DNA from: Candidatus Nanohalobium constans
Lineage (GTDB): Archaea > Nanohalarchaeota > Nanosalinia > Nanosalinales > Nanosalinaceae
Length of the DNA: 32,000 nt
Assembly: GCF_009617975.1 (NCBI RefSeq)
Contig: NZ_CP040089.1
Span: 180,001 to 212,000 of the forward strand
Reading direction: 5' to 3'
Part shown: one piece after another, positions 1 to 8,823 of the stretch
How the letters are laid out: each line of letters opens with the position of its first letter
Numbering within the stretch: position 1 is the stretch's first letter
Program-made: the position numbers and the translations under genes
Notes under the pieces: model-generated
Database searches by the model: none
Told to the model about the DNA's origin: nothing
What the model saw: only the letters and a program-made list of their open reading frames with translations

Positions 1-593
1 TCAATAAGGATGCTGTTGACTCAGAAAACTTGGATCCTGAAGGTTTTAAGATACTGCTTGAGATTCTTCACTGCAATGATCTGGATATTGAAGAGGTTCA
101 GTTCAGCTTCGGAGAAAGAAAAAGTGGTGATTCAAAGCTTGGACTGGCTGAAATAGTAGAGTACATGGAGCATGTCGGATCAATACTGTTCAACCGGCTA
201 GGCTTAACCAGACCCCAATCCAAAAGACTGGTGAATGCAGCTGAATTTATGGGTGTCGGTGCTACAGGAGTACTAGTTAACTCAGTCATATTTCTTGCAG
301 CAATCCAAAACAACTTTCACTACAGTATTGCAGGAGGATTAGCATTTCTAGGTGCTCTGCAGTGGAACTTTTTCTGGAACAGAGAAATAACTTTCTCCAA
401 ATCCACTAAATCCTTCAAACACCAGTACACATATTTCTTCCTAGTCAATTTAGGAGGATTCGCCATCTATGAAATCCTGCTATTTGTACTGATCGGATTG
501 CTGAATGTCTGGGAGCCTGCAGCAAACATCGCCGCAATATTCGGAGGATTCCTGTTAAACTTCTTTGGATCTGAGAAACTGGCATTCGAGTAG
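1..593 (+). CDS. Glycosyltransferase family 2 (dolichyl-phosphate-sugar synthase-like) C-terminal part fused to a GtrA-like 4-TM domain; 5' end lies outside the window
   Basis: The frame is open from nt 3 with no stop before the TTG at 30, so the gene is cut by the window edge. GFKILLEIL...EEVQFSFGERKSGDSKL matches the conserved C-terminal block of DPM1-type GT2 enzymes. It is followed by four hydrophobic helices with GtrA-type motifs (EFMGVGATGVLVNS, LQWNFFWNREITF). Confidence 0.8.
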   Translation, partial: NKDAVDSENLDPEGFKILLEILHCNDLDIEEVQFSFGERKSGDSKLGLAEIVEYMEHVGSILFNRLGLTRPQSKRLVNAAEFMGVGATGVLVNSVIFLAAIQNNFHYSIAGGLAFLGALQWNFFWNREITFSKSTKSFKHQYTYFFLVNLGGFAIYEILLFVLIGLLNVWEPAANIAAIFGGFLLNFFGSEKLAFE

Positions 594-624
594 CTTAAAA
601 AGACGAAGCCTCAACAATCAGGAT

Positions 625-909
625 ATGAACAATCAAACCAAAATTTTCTTAGCAGCAATATTTCTAGGACTGATCACGGGTTTTGTCGCATCATCGATGC
701 AGCAAGAACCAAAACAATCATACTGCGAAAAAACCGAGGCTGCTATAAAGCAAAACACAAGTCTCTCAGGAGCTATAGCCTGTTTTGAACCAGGAACCGT
801 AGAGTTCAACTTAAGTGATAAAGTAGAGGAAAGCGCAGAACTTAAATGCGTCTGCAGAAGAAGCTCTGAAGGAGAAGTACAGTTCTGGGCGATTAACAAA
901 GCCCTTTAA
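625..909 (+). CDS. Small membrane-anchored or exported Cys-containing protein (hypothetical)
   Basis: I prefer the ATG at 625 over the track start at 565 because a hydrophobic anchor follows at once (KIFLAAIFLGLITGFVASS). The roughly 70-aa tail has 4 Cys. The stop shares a TTAA (906-909) with the convergent gene. No family recognised. Confidence 0.45.
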   Translation: MNNQTKIFLAAIFLGLITGFVASSMQQEPKQSYCEKTEAAIKQNTSLSGAIACFEPGTVEFNLSDKVEESAELKCVCRRSSEGEVQFWAINKAL

Positions 910-1811
910 TCTCTAAACTCATTATTCAAGGATACCTTGTTGCTTCTGCCTTCTTTCTCCTTTGAAACGATATCTTCATCTACCAAGGTTGACACAACTC
1001 CAGAAATCTTAGCCTTGGAATACTCAGACTCCTCAACGATATCCTTCTGCAACATCTCACCGCCCTCTTCTTGCAACATTTCCACAACCAGTCTGCAATC
1101 CTCTGACAACTCATCCAACTGATTTGAGGTTTTAACCGCATTCTTCCGTCGATAAACCATGTACGAAATCAAAACTATCAGCAACAAACCCAGTACACTT
1201 CCAGGAATTATCAGAGAACTGTCCTCTTTTTCCTTTTCCTGAAGCGGTTCGTAAAGAACTTTGTAGTTAACAGGCTCTCCCAGTTCTGGCTGACTGTTCC
1301 ACTCTACAAAAAATCTTCTGCCATTCATATTGCCAAGCTCTCCGGTTTCAGGGTTTACAACGCTTGTGGTGGCATTAGCTTGGTCAACTAAGCCAGTTCC
1401 TTCGGGAAGAATCACTTTAAAACTGTAATTTTTGATCGGTCGGTAGATTGACTGGCTGTAACGGAAAACGCTTATATCGCCTTGGGAAGTGGTCAAGCCG
1501 CTTGTAGTGTAGTCTATATTTACTGTGAAATTCTCTGAGACAGATGTATCGCAGTTGATGTTTGTACCGATAGCTAATTCAGTGTTACTGCATTCTACTC
1601 TCTCTCCGTTAATCTTAACTCTTAAATCGTCTACGGGGTGTGAGGTCTGATAGTTGAATGTGGTAGTAGTCAAAGTATCTACCTTCATGACAACTGAAAC
1701 ATTGTTATCTCTTAGATCAACAGCTACATCTTCCTGAGAGATAGTAGTAGCTGCTCCCAAAGAAACTGTCAACAATACTAAAAAAGTTAAGATCAAGTAT
1801 TTTGTTTTCAT
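906..1811 (-). CDS. Membrane-tethered winged-helix (MarR-like wHTH) protein with an N-terminal exported beta-rich domain (COG2512-like architecture)
   Basis: Signal peptide MKTKYLILTFLVLLTVSLGAA, then a roughly 200-aa Thr/Asn/Val-rich domain. One TM follows (IIPGSVLGLLLIVLISYMVY, then RRK). The C-terminus LSEDCRLVVEMLQEEGGEMLQKDIVEESEYSKAKISGVVSTLVDEDIVSKEKEGRSNKVSL looks like a wHTH. ATGA overlap with the upstream gene at 1808-1811. Confidence 0.7.
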   Translation of the reverse strand: MKTKYLILTFLVLLTVSLGAATTISQEDVAVDLRDNNVSVVMKVDTLTTTTFNYQTSHPVDDLRVKINGERVECSNTELAIGTNINCDTSVSENFTVNIDYTTSGLTTSQGDISVFRYSQSIYRPIKNYSFKVILPEGTGLVDQANATTSVVNPETGELGNMNGRRFFVEWNSQPELGEPVNYKVLYEPLQEKEKEDSSLIIPGSVLGLLLIVLISYMVYRRKNAVKTSNQLDELSEDCRLVVEMLQEEGGEMLQKDIVEESEYSKAKISGVVSTLVDEDIVSKEKEGRSNKVSLNNEFRD

Positions 1812-2212
1812 TGTTCTTCTGTCGACTTAGATACTAAAACGCCTCCTACACCCATCTGTGCATACTTATGCATCACATCTGCAACCTGCTGAAGGCTTTC
1901 CTGACCTTCCTTCAAATCCATCTCATACTTCTCAGGTCCCTCAACCTGGACATAAGTCGGTCCATAATCAAATGTGACCTGAATGCATTTTCTGAATGTC
2001 TCAACCTCAAGTTTACACTCTGCAACCTGAGAAAAACCCTCTTCAAGATCAGGATGAGGATCCTCAACCTTCGAAACCTCATCAACATTAGACTCAGTTA
2101 TCTCTACCTCGGACTCGCTCTCCAACTTCTCCAAATGATCGTCCAAAGAGTCTTCTACAGCATCCTCGGTCGCCGCTACAGCCTCAAAAACCATCCAAAT
2201 CTTAACTGTCAT
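1808..2212 (-). CDS. Acidic cytoplasmic hypothetical protein, translationally coupled to the membrane-tethered wHTH gene
   Basis: The ATG at 2212 is taken because the track start at 2218 is a TTG. A TATA-like CTTTAAGC (minus strand, plus coordinates 2235-2242) sits about 26 nt upstream, fitting a leaderless start. No TM and no recognised family. Confidence 0.6.
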   Translation of the reverse strand: MTVKIWMVFEAVAATEDAVEDSLDDHLEKLESESEVEITESNVDEVSKVEDPHPDLEEGFSQVAECKLEVETFRKCIQVTFDYGPTYVQVEGPEKYEMDLKEGQESLQQVADVMHKYAQMGVGGVLVSKSTEEQ

Positions 2213-2299
2213 ACACAAGATTTAGGCGCCTTAAGCTTAAAGCCTTAACAAAAAATCAACCCCACTAATTAAAATTCCAGTATCCAAAAGACTCAGAAC
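2213..2299. promoter_or_regulatory. Divergent promoter region between the two halves of surface locus 1
   Basis: Two TATA-like boxes lie 24-31 nt from the flanking ATGs. They are CTTTAAGC on the minus strand (2235-2242) for ATG 2212 and TTAAAATT (2269-2276) for ATG 2300. No Shine-Dalgarno on either side, suggesting leaderless mRNAs. Confidence 0.45.
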
Positions 2300-2737
2300 A
2301 TGGATACAGAGGCACCGAAAAACCTGAAAAACAAGATACAGGAACTCGAATACGAATACTGGTTCGATCAAAGAGAATTCGGGAAAGTGATGATAGTAGC
2401 CTCACTAGCTCTTCTAGTCGTCTCAGTCCACGCACTCTTCACGATAAACGGTGCAGTACAGCAAGCATCAAATTCAACTGAAAGACTGGAAACTACGGCT
2501 GGACTGGTTGGTTCAGATGGTTTTCAACAGAGTATGGAAAGCCTGGCAGCAACAGGAGCAACTATACAGGGTCAGGGAATAGAACAGGTAATAGCAGACT
2601 TGGAATATGCTTCTAGCTCAGTTGAAGGGGTGCAGAATCTTTCTATAGAACTGGAAAATGCGCAGACAACATACCAGTGGACAACCCTAATCGGAATACT
2701 TGGTCTGGTGACAGGCATCACTGTCATATACATCTAA
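2300..2737 (+). CDS. Two-TM membrane protein with a helical extracytoplasmic loop (hypothetical)
   Basis: TM1 is VMIVASLALLVVSVHALF and TM2 is the C-terminal WTTLIGILGLVTGITVIYI. The loop is Ala/Gln/Ser/Glu-rich. It is the first gene of a same-strand, tightly packed cluster. Confidence 0.6.
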   Translation: MDTEAPKNLKNKIQELEYEYWFDQREFGKVMIVASLALLVVSVHALFTINGAVQQASNSTERLETTAGLVGSDGFQQSMESLAATGATIQGQGIEQVIADLEYASSSVEGVQNLSIELENAQTTYQWTTLIGILGLVTGITVIYI

Positions 2738-2764
2738 AAGACTCCAGCAACAATTCTCAACTAC

Positions 2765-4528
2765 ATGCACAGAAAAATCTTGATCCCTATATTACTGGTG
2801 TTATTCGCAGGTACAGCAGCTGGATCCAACCTGACGGTTGAGGTACAGGACACTGATGGAAGACTTGATGCTCAGTTAACTGTGGAACAGGATGGAACTG
2901 AGGTAGCGAGTTCATCAGGATTTCTGGAGGCAAATCTGAACGATGGAGAAAACTATACTCTGATCCAGCAACTCGATAACGGACCAGATGTTACCGTTCA
3001 CAACTTTTCGATAACCCAGGACTTCGATTACAGACCTAGAATATACCGAAATGAAAATCCGGAAGAAAACTTCCTAACTGACACAGATCCGCTATACTAC
3101 ACAGATCAAAGCTTTGACTTCTCAAAAGCAGAGTTCGAGGTCAGCAGGAATGAACCAGATAGTATCTCCCGCTGCACGTCAATACAGAACGGCGACTGCT
3201 CGTCTTGGGAGGTACAGGACACTTCACAGTTCGAGACAAGCTACTCAGGCTCGACCTTCAGCTACAACATAACCCAATTTTCGGGATATACCTCCGGAGT
3301 TGAAGCGCCACTGCCACAGATCGAAAATATCCAGATCTACAATGTTTCTGGAGTACAGGACCAGGAAAACGATGGCACACTTGTGGATGAGGGGTTGAAT
3401 AAGACTTTCCAAATAAATCAGAGTAATCCAAATGAATACAGATTCTCGTTCAATGTCTCCAATCAAGGATCTGACTCCTGGATACTCACAACTGATGATA
3501 CTCTGGAACATAGAACTCTAAATCAGTCTTGGAGCATCAACGAGTCAGAAGATATTTTCTACAATGTTAACGGTACAACTTATACTGGAGGAACTTTTTC
3601 CTCAGGTGCAGTAGGATGGAGCACCGGTAATGGAGGAGAAGTTCCTGTAAATGATTCGATGACCGCCCAATACATAGTAAATATATCTCAGGACTCAACA
3701 AATACTTTCAACCAAGTTTTAAATGCTTCTACATCCTCAGATACCTCTGATGAAGATCATCACGAATTAAAGACTTTGATATATGGCTTCATTGATCCGG
3801 ATATAGACAGTCCATCTAATAATTCTGTCGTACAGAACAACAGAATTTTCAACTTGAACGGCACTATAAACTGTATTGATGGTGACTGCGGAGATATCAG
3901 AGCTGAGCCTCGCCGGAATGAGTCAACGGACCAGGAACCCTTTACCGGATCTGAATTTGAAGTTATAGATCAAAATAGTACCTGCTCAAACCTTCTGGAA
4001 GGACAATCATGTGCTGTTGAGTGGGATGTAAACGCTACGGGCGACCAAAATACTTTCCATGCGCTTGACTTCAGTGCTTCCTCAAGTTACTCGGGTGTAG
4101 AATCGAATAACACACAGGATAACATTATCGAAATAAGGGATATCTTGATGATTGATATCGACTGGAATGTGGTCGACTTTGGTGTCTTAGATCCTGGTGA
4201 GAAACAGAATCCTGCAGAAAACAACTCTGAAGGCTACAACCTAACTGTGGAGGAAGATAGTAACACGGTGGATAATCTCTGGTTTAAGGCTTCACCTCTT
4301 GTCTCTGAAAAAGACAGTAATTATACTATAGATCCTGTAAACATGAACTTATCAGAGAATTCCGATGGAAGCAACCCTAAGAACTTCACAACAAGTTATT
4401 CGCTGCTTGACTCTAATTTGAGGCCGGGAACAACTAAAAACCTTTACTACTGGTTGAATGTGCCTTATGGGATCATCAATGGTGGATACACAGGCACTAT
4501 GACCTTTAAAGCCAATCGGACACAGTGA
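2765..4528 (+). CDS. Secreted, N-glycosylation-sequon-rich surface protein (hypothetical; beta-rich, Ig-like C-terminal module)
   Basis: Sec-type signal peptide MHRKILIPILLVLFAGTAAGS. I count about 26 N-x-S/T sequons by eye. A Cys-containing middle region is present (INCIDGDCGD, STCSNLLEGQSCAVEW). The C-terminal module VDFGVLDPGEK...GGYTGTMTFKAN resembles Ig-like or fimbrial-type beta sandwiches. No C-terminal anchor. Confidence 0.75.
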   Translation: MHRKILIPILLVLFAGTAAGSNLTVEVQDTDGRLDAQLTVEQDGTEVASSSGFLEANLNDGENYTLIQQLDNGPDVTVHNFSITQDFDYRPRIYRNENPEENFLTDTDPLYYTDQSFDFSKAEFEVSRNEPDSISRCTSIQNGDCSSWEVQDTSQFETSYSGSTFSYNITQFSGYTSGVEAPLPQIENIQIYNVSGVQDQENDGTLVDEGLNKTFQINQSNPNEYRFSFNVSNQGSDSWILTTDDTLEHRTLNQSWSINESEDIFYNVNGTTYTGGTFSSGAVGWSTGNGGEVPVNDSMTAQYIVNISQDSTNTFNQVLNASTSSDTSDEDHHELKTLIYGFIDPDIDSPSNNSVVQNNRIFNLNGTINCIDGDCGDIRAEPRRNESTDQEPFTGSEFEVIDQNSTCSNLLEGQSCAVEWDVNATGDQNTFHALDFSASSSYSGVESNNTQDNIIEIRDILMIDIDWNVVDFGVLDPGEKQNPAENNSEGYNLTVEEDSNTVDNLWFKASPLVSEKDSNYTIDPVNMNLSENSDGSNPKNFTTSYSLLDSNLRPGTTKNLYYWLNVPYGIINGGYTGTMTFKANRTQ

Positions 4529-5190
4529 TGAAAACTGAAATACTGATTTTGGCGGTAATGTTGTTTAGTTTCTCTGCAGCCTCCACAGTAGCAACTTTTC
4601 ACGGCCAAATGGAAAAACAAGGACCTGAGACAAGTTATACTGTGGGTTTTGCATCAGATGAGTACAGCAAGATTGAACTCGATGCTCCAGAAAAAGAAGG
4701 ATTGAATATTTCATATATTGAAGAGTTTGAGTTTGAGCCGGAGAATATCTCTAGAAGTATAAACCGTGAGGGTCAGAATATACCTGTTAAAGAGTTCAGT
4801 ATCAGAGTTAGTTCTGTTGACCCGGTTAGGCAGTCATATGAGGTTCCTGTAACTCTTAGGGCGTATGGAAGTGGGAGTGCTGAGGGCAGGGCTACTCCAA
4901 GAGTGGTTCATGAGAGAAAGTATACTTTCAGTTACTTGACGGAAAATTCTCCGGATTATAACTTTGAAGGCAGCCTCATTGGTGGAGAGACTGAAGATAG
5001 AGATATTGCTGAGAGAAATGTTTCTGAGGAAAATGATGTGGATTCTGAGGAAAACAGTTTAACTGAAGAAAACCAAACTAGTGAACAGGAAGAACTCGAT
5101 AAGAAAGAGTCTGGTGAAGGAGTAAATCCAGCACTATTGCTGGGTGTGCTGCTGGTTTTCAGTTATGTGTTTTACGAGGCGGTAACATGA
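4528..5190 (+). CDS. Exported protein with an acidic stalk and a C-terminal TM anchor (hypothetical)
   Basis: The ATG at 4528 overlaps the upstream TGA (TGATG). Signal peptide MKTEILILAVMLFSFSAAS. An acidic spacer follows (EENDVDSEENSLTEENQTSEQEE), then the anchor ALLLGVLLVFSYVFY. Confidence 0.7.
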   Translation: MKTEILILAVMLFSFSAASTVATFHGQMEKQGPETSYTVGFASDEYSKIELDAPEKEGLNISYIEEFEFEPENISRSINREGQNIPVKEFSIRVSSVDPVRQSYEVPVTLRAYGSGSAEGRATPRVVHERKYTFSYLTENSPDYNFEGSLIGGETEDRDIAERNVSEENDVDSEENSLTEENQTSEQEELDKKESGEGVNPALLLGVLLVFSYVFYEAVT

Positions 5191-7247
5191 GAAACAATTT
5201 TCCGATGATCTTGATGGTATTGACCCTAGTTTTCATGGCTTCGCTGAGTTTATCGGCTACGGATAGTGATCAATCTGATGTTTCGGTAGGTGTTGATGCT
5301 ACGTGTGGAACTACGGCTTACAGATTTGATTTTGCTGGAAGTCAGAGTGGTAGAAATGTTGTAGGGGAGGGAGGTTCCGGCTATTTCTCTTTCCTTCCGT
5401 TTAATTCAGGAGAAATGTCTTTCACCAACATGTCTCTGGAGATAACTAACTCTTCTGGAAGCGAGATTTTCTATGGTGAGCCACAGCAGTTTTCCAAGGA
5501 AAACTTTACTGAAACATACCTCTTTAACTCTACTAACCGAGATGCAGAGTACTCTACCTCAAAGCTAAAAGACGATGTTGAGGGAAACGATGGCTATTTC
5601 CACTATAAAGCACCTTACTCTCACAATGTCAGCAAGGATGGACCGCCGTTCAACGCCACACCCCGGATACTTGAATTTAAAGCAGAGTACGAACCTGGAA
5701 ACTATACAGGAACACTAAACCTCGATCACCAGTGCGAGTTCAGACCTCAGAACAGTTCCTCAATAGTTTCAAATGTATTTAACGGTACATTTGGAGAGGC
5801 TAGGGAGAGCGACAATATTTCAAGTGGCGATACATCTGACTTGAACCTTGATTTAGCAGGTCTGCCTATCTCCCGTATAAATTTCAGTGTTAACCAGCCT
5901 TATGCTAGAACAACTCCATTCAATTACAGCGAGAGTGTGGAGTTTGATATAGTGGTTACGGAGGGTACAGGGGAAAGCCCTAATCAGCCTGCTGACGAGA
6001 ACGAAGCAGAATATAATCTGGATCTAAATGCATTGATTGATGCATTGGAGCAGTCAGCTGAAGTAAATACAAGTATCGATGAAGAGCAGTCAGCTGAACT
6101 GAAGGCTGATGCCATAGTAGAAGAATTAAGGAAGGCTGCAAACATCAGCCAAGCTCTCGAGGAAACCCAGTACGCAAACTACAGCTCCGATGCACTAATA
6201 CAGGAGTTAAACAGGACAGGTCAGGTAAATACAGATGTCAACAGAACTGAAAATGCATCTCTCGACACTGATGCAGAGGAAACATCAAACGATGCGGAAC
6301 CTAAGGAAGGTGACGGAAACTTTCCAGGACAAACACCTGAACCAGAACCCGAGCCTACTCCCGAGCCCACACCCCTGCTTAGTGTAGATCTAAGACCTTT
6401 GAATACTAGTTATACTGCGGATAGAGGTACTTTCACAGAGGTAGGTATGGAGGTGAATAATACTGGCGAGGAAACGCTGTCCGATCTGGAACTATCACCA
6501 AGATTTTCAGAAGGAATGGACTGGCAGTCTCAGTCTGTAACCATTGACTCATTGGAGGTGGGGGGATCGGTGAATCGGAGCGTGTTTGTGAATCCTGGAG
6601 AAGGTGTTGAACCAGGAATCTATCAGGTCCCTGTGTATGCCTCTACTCCTGATGAGGATATAGGAAGCCAATATGTCAATGTGGAGGTTACAGAGGAGCC
6701 TGCTCAGACCTCAGGTTTAAGCATCAGCGAGGCACCACAGGACATCCGGTTTGAAATGGGTAATAACTATACGGTACCGGTACTTCTAGAAAACAGCGGA
6801 GATAATGACCTGGAAAATGTCAGTATCGAACTTCAGAACACTGAAAACTGTGGAGATTACACAGCTGATGAAATTGAGAGTATTGCTGCAGGTGAAACAG
6901 CTTCAGTTTCAGTAAACTTCAATACTTCTGACAACTTGCAGGAATGTCAGGCAACTATAGTTGCTTCATCCACATCAGGTTCCTTTGCATTCTCAGAAAT
7001 GACTGTTGAAACAGTGGAAGAAAAAGGTATAGTGCCTGAGGAATTTCGAGTGCCTATAATCGCCTCGCTATGGACAGCAATGCTTATAGTATATACTGTT
7101 GTCATAAAAAGATACGGTATGGACAGTCTAACTGTCAAAGTACCAATGGTACTGCTCATACTGGGCGAAACATTTATACTGATCTACTTGTCCTCTGCTT
7201 ACTATGAAATCTTGCCGCCAGGATTGCTGCCTTTCAGCTCAGCTTAG
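5187..7247 (+). CDS. Large surface protein with two NEW3/CARDB-like Ig domains (COG1470-like) and C-terminal TM helices
   Basis: ATGA overlap with the upstream gene. Signal peptide ILMVLTLVFMASLSLSA. Two modules have the NEW3 pattern (GMEVNNTGEETLSDLELS...PGIYQVPVYAS and VPVLLENSGDNDLENVSIEL...). They sit after a PE/PT linker. Two C-terminal hydrophobic helices are present. Confidence 0.75.
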   Translation: MRNNFPMILMVLTLVFMASLSLSATDSDQSDVSVGVDATCGTTAYRFDFAGSQSGRNVVGEGGSGYFSFLPFNSGEMSFTNMSLEITNSSGSEIFYGEPQQFSKENFTETYLFNSTNRDAEYSTSKLKDDVEGNDGYFHYKAPYSHNVSKDGPPFNATPRILEFKAEYEPGNYTGTLNLDHQCEFRPQNSSSIVSNVFNGTFGEARESDNISSGDTSDLNLDLAGLPISRINFSVNQPYARTTPFNYSESVEFDIVVTEGTGESPNQPADENEAEYNLDLNALIDALEQSAEVNTSIDEEQSAELKADAIVEELRKAANISQALEETQYANYSSDALIQELNRTGQVNTDVNRTENASLDTDAEETSNDAEPKEGDGNFPGQTPEPEPEPTPEPTPLLSVDLRPLNTSYTADRGTFTEVGMEVNNTGEETLSDLELSPRFSEGMDWQSQSVTIDSLEVGGSVNRSVFVNPGEGVEPGIYQVPVYASTPDEDIGSQYVNVEVTEEPAQTSGLSISEAPQDIRFEMGNNYTVPVLLENSGDNDLENVSIELQNTENCGDYTADEIESIAAGETASVSVNFNTSDNLQECQATIVASSTSGSFAFSEMTVETVEEKGIVPEEFRVPIIASLWTAMLIVYTVVIKRYGMDSLTVKVPMVLLILGETFILIYLSSAYYEILPPGLLPFSSA
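6333..6374 (+). repeat. Coding low-complexity Pro-Glu/Pro-Thr linker (TPEPEPEPTPEPTP)
   Basis: Read directly in frame as aca cct gaa cca gaa ccc gag cct act ccc gag ccc aca ccc. It separates the N-terminal region from the NEW3-like domains of the 686-aa protein. Confidence 0.7.
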
Positions 7248-8792
7248 GCTCTCAGCTACTGCGATACACGTGTCTATAATTTCTTCCGGGTTATTTACTT
7301 GTAGTCTGCCGGTATATTGCTCTCTGTGCATCTTTACAAAGAACTCTGCCAGTTTTTCGATCTCTTCTCCTTCATCAGTTGGCATTTCTCCAGCTAACTC
7401 CTTGTAAGTCAACTCTCTTTCAATACCTAGCTTTTGTTCAAGGAACCCCTTCATGATATGAGCAGTCTTGACAGATGCTTCTTCATCACCCAGCTCTCTG
7501 TATTCGTCTAGGATTTCTTCTAGTTTCTCCACACTTAATCCTTTAGAACTGCTTTCCTCTTCATTGCTGGAGTGTTTGAGTTTATCTCTCAAGTTTTCCT
7601 TCAGGTCTTCAAGCTTCTCCTTGGCGCTTTCTCCTTCTTTTTCTTCGCTGGACTCTTCCTCTCCTCGGACAGCACCCATCAACATTTCTAGGTCTTCCTC
7701 AGCCTCTTCACGCATTTCTTCATGCTCTTCCTGGCTCTCATCCTTACTTTCCAGACTGTTAGCAAGTTTTTCAAGGTCTGATGTGCTAGCCTCTCTCAGA
7801 TCTTCTTCATCCATCCCATTTTCTTCTAACCTTTCAATTAAGCTTTCACGGTGTTCTTTCTCCGATTTAATCTCCTCAAGCTGCTCTAGAGAAAAATCCT
7901 CTAATTCTTCGTCGCTCATATCTAACTCGAGATCTTCAGAAATCCTCTTTTTCCTTTCAAACTTGGAGTCCTCATCTTCATCTTTATTTTCGTCCCCTGG
8001 CTTACTATCCTCGCCACTCTCATTCCTAGGTTCCTCTTCAGGCTCTGAGTTCTCTTCCCCATTTTTCTCTCCTTCATTTTCTTGCTCTAAACTGTCTTCA
8101 CTTTCTTCTCTGTCTTCATCTTGGCTCCTATTTCCTGTCTCCTTATCTTCTTCCGATTCTTCAACAGACACCTCAGAATTTTCGTCATCTCTATCGTCCT
8201 CTTTATCATCTTCTGTTTTGGAAACATCTGTTTCGTCTTTCCTTATCTCTTCAAGATCATTTTCAAGGCTTTCTACATCCTTTCTAGCTTTCTTTACATC
8301 CTCCCCTACTTCTCTTTTTTTAATCTGTCGTTTAAGAAATTGTTTAGCTGTTTTGCGGTCTTTTATTCTTTCTTCTGCATCTAGCACATTTTCGAGTTGT
8401 TCTGAGGTTAACGGGTTTTCTTTGACAAATTCTTTCATTTCATCTACTGTCCCCCCTATTAGATCTATCAGATTATCCTGATCGATCTCTATTTTCTCTT
8501 CATCTAAATGTTCTATGTCCTCTACCCTCTCAATTTCACTGATCAAGTTTTCAACCTGTCCCATGTCTCTTTCTGCCAGGTTAAGATAGTTGCCAACATT
8601 CTCCGCGTTAAGTTGATCGTCTAAGAAGTTTATAAGTTCTTCACGGTTCTTACCAGATAGTTCAGCCTCCTTCAAGGCTTTAAGATCCTGAACTGTCAGG
8701 TCAATGCTCTTTACCTCTTCCCTAAAATATTCGCTATCGCTGGTTGTTAGTTCAGAAATTTTCCCTATAGACAGGTTGTCCAAACTGGTCAT
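7239..8792 (-). CDS. Extremely acidic Glu/Asp/Lys/Ser-rich low-complexity protein with structured N- and C-terminal ends (hypothetical)
   Basis: 517 aa with a long central tract such as EESEEDKETGNRSQDEDREESEDSLEQENEGEKNGEENSEPEEEPRNESGEDSKPGDENKDEDED. The ends are non-repetitive. A TATA-like TATTTAAG (minus strand, plus coordinates 8811-8818) lies just upstream of the ATG at 8792. The 3' end overlaps the convergent gene by 9 nt. Confidence 0.7.
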   Translation of the reverse strand: MTSLDNLSIGKISELTTSDSEYFREEVKSIDLTVQDLKALKEAELSGKNREELINFLDDQLNAENVGNYLNLAERDMGQVENLISEIERVEDIEHLDEEKIEIDQDNLIDLIGGTVDEMKEFVKENPLTSEQLENVLDAEERIKDRKTAKQFLKRQIKKREVGEDVKKARKDVESLENDLEEIRKDETDVSKTEDDKEDDRDDENSEVSVEESEEDKETGNRSQDEDREESEDSLEQENEGEKNGEENSEPEEEPRNESGEDSKPGDENKDEDEDSKFERKKRISEDLELDMSDEELEDFSLEQLEEIKSEKEHRESLIERLEENGMDEEDLREASTSDLEKLANSLESKDESQEEHEEMREEAEEDLEMLMGAVRGEEESSEEKEGESAKEKLEDLKENLRDKLKHSSNEEESSSKGLSVEKLEEILDEYRELGDEEASVKTAHIMKGFLEQKLGIERELTYKELAGEMPTDEGEEIEKLAEFFVKMHREQYTGRLQVNNPEEIIDTCIAVAESLS

Positions 8793-8823
8793 AGAAAATC
8801 ATTGGCATGGCTTAAATAATATT

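Noticed and set aside
6333-6374. PE/PT-coding stretch considered as a DNA tandem repeat or slippage hotspot
   Set aside because: Codons vary (cct/cca/ccc, gaa/gag), so there is no exact nucleotide repeat unit. It is best explained as a selected proline-rich interdomain linker.
7468-8481. 337-aa Ser/Leu-rich ORF on the plus strand, plus the nested 8121-8384 ORF
   Set aside because: It is the antisense shadow of the Glu/Asp/Lys-rich gene 7239-8792. GAA, GAG and GAT codons read backwards give TTC, CTC and ATC with few stops. The composition is pure low complexity, and no promoter or SD context is present.
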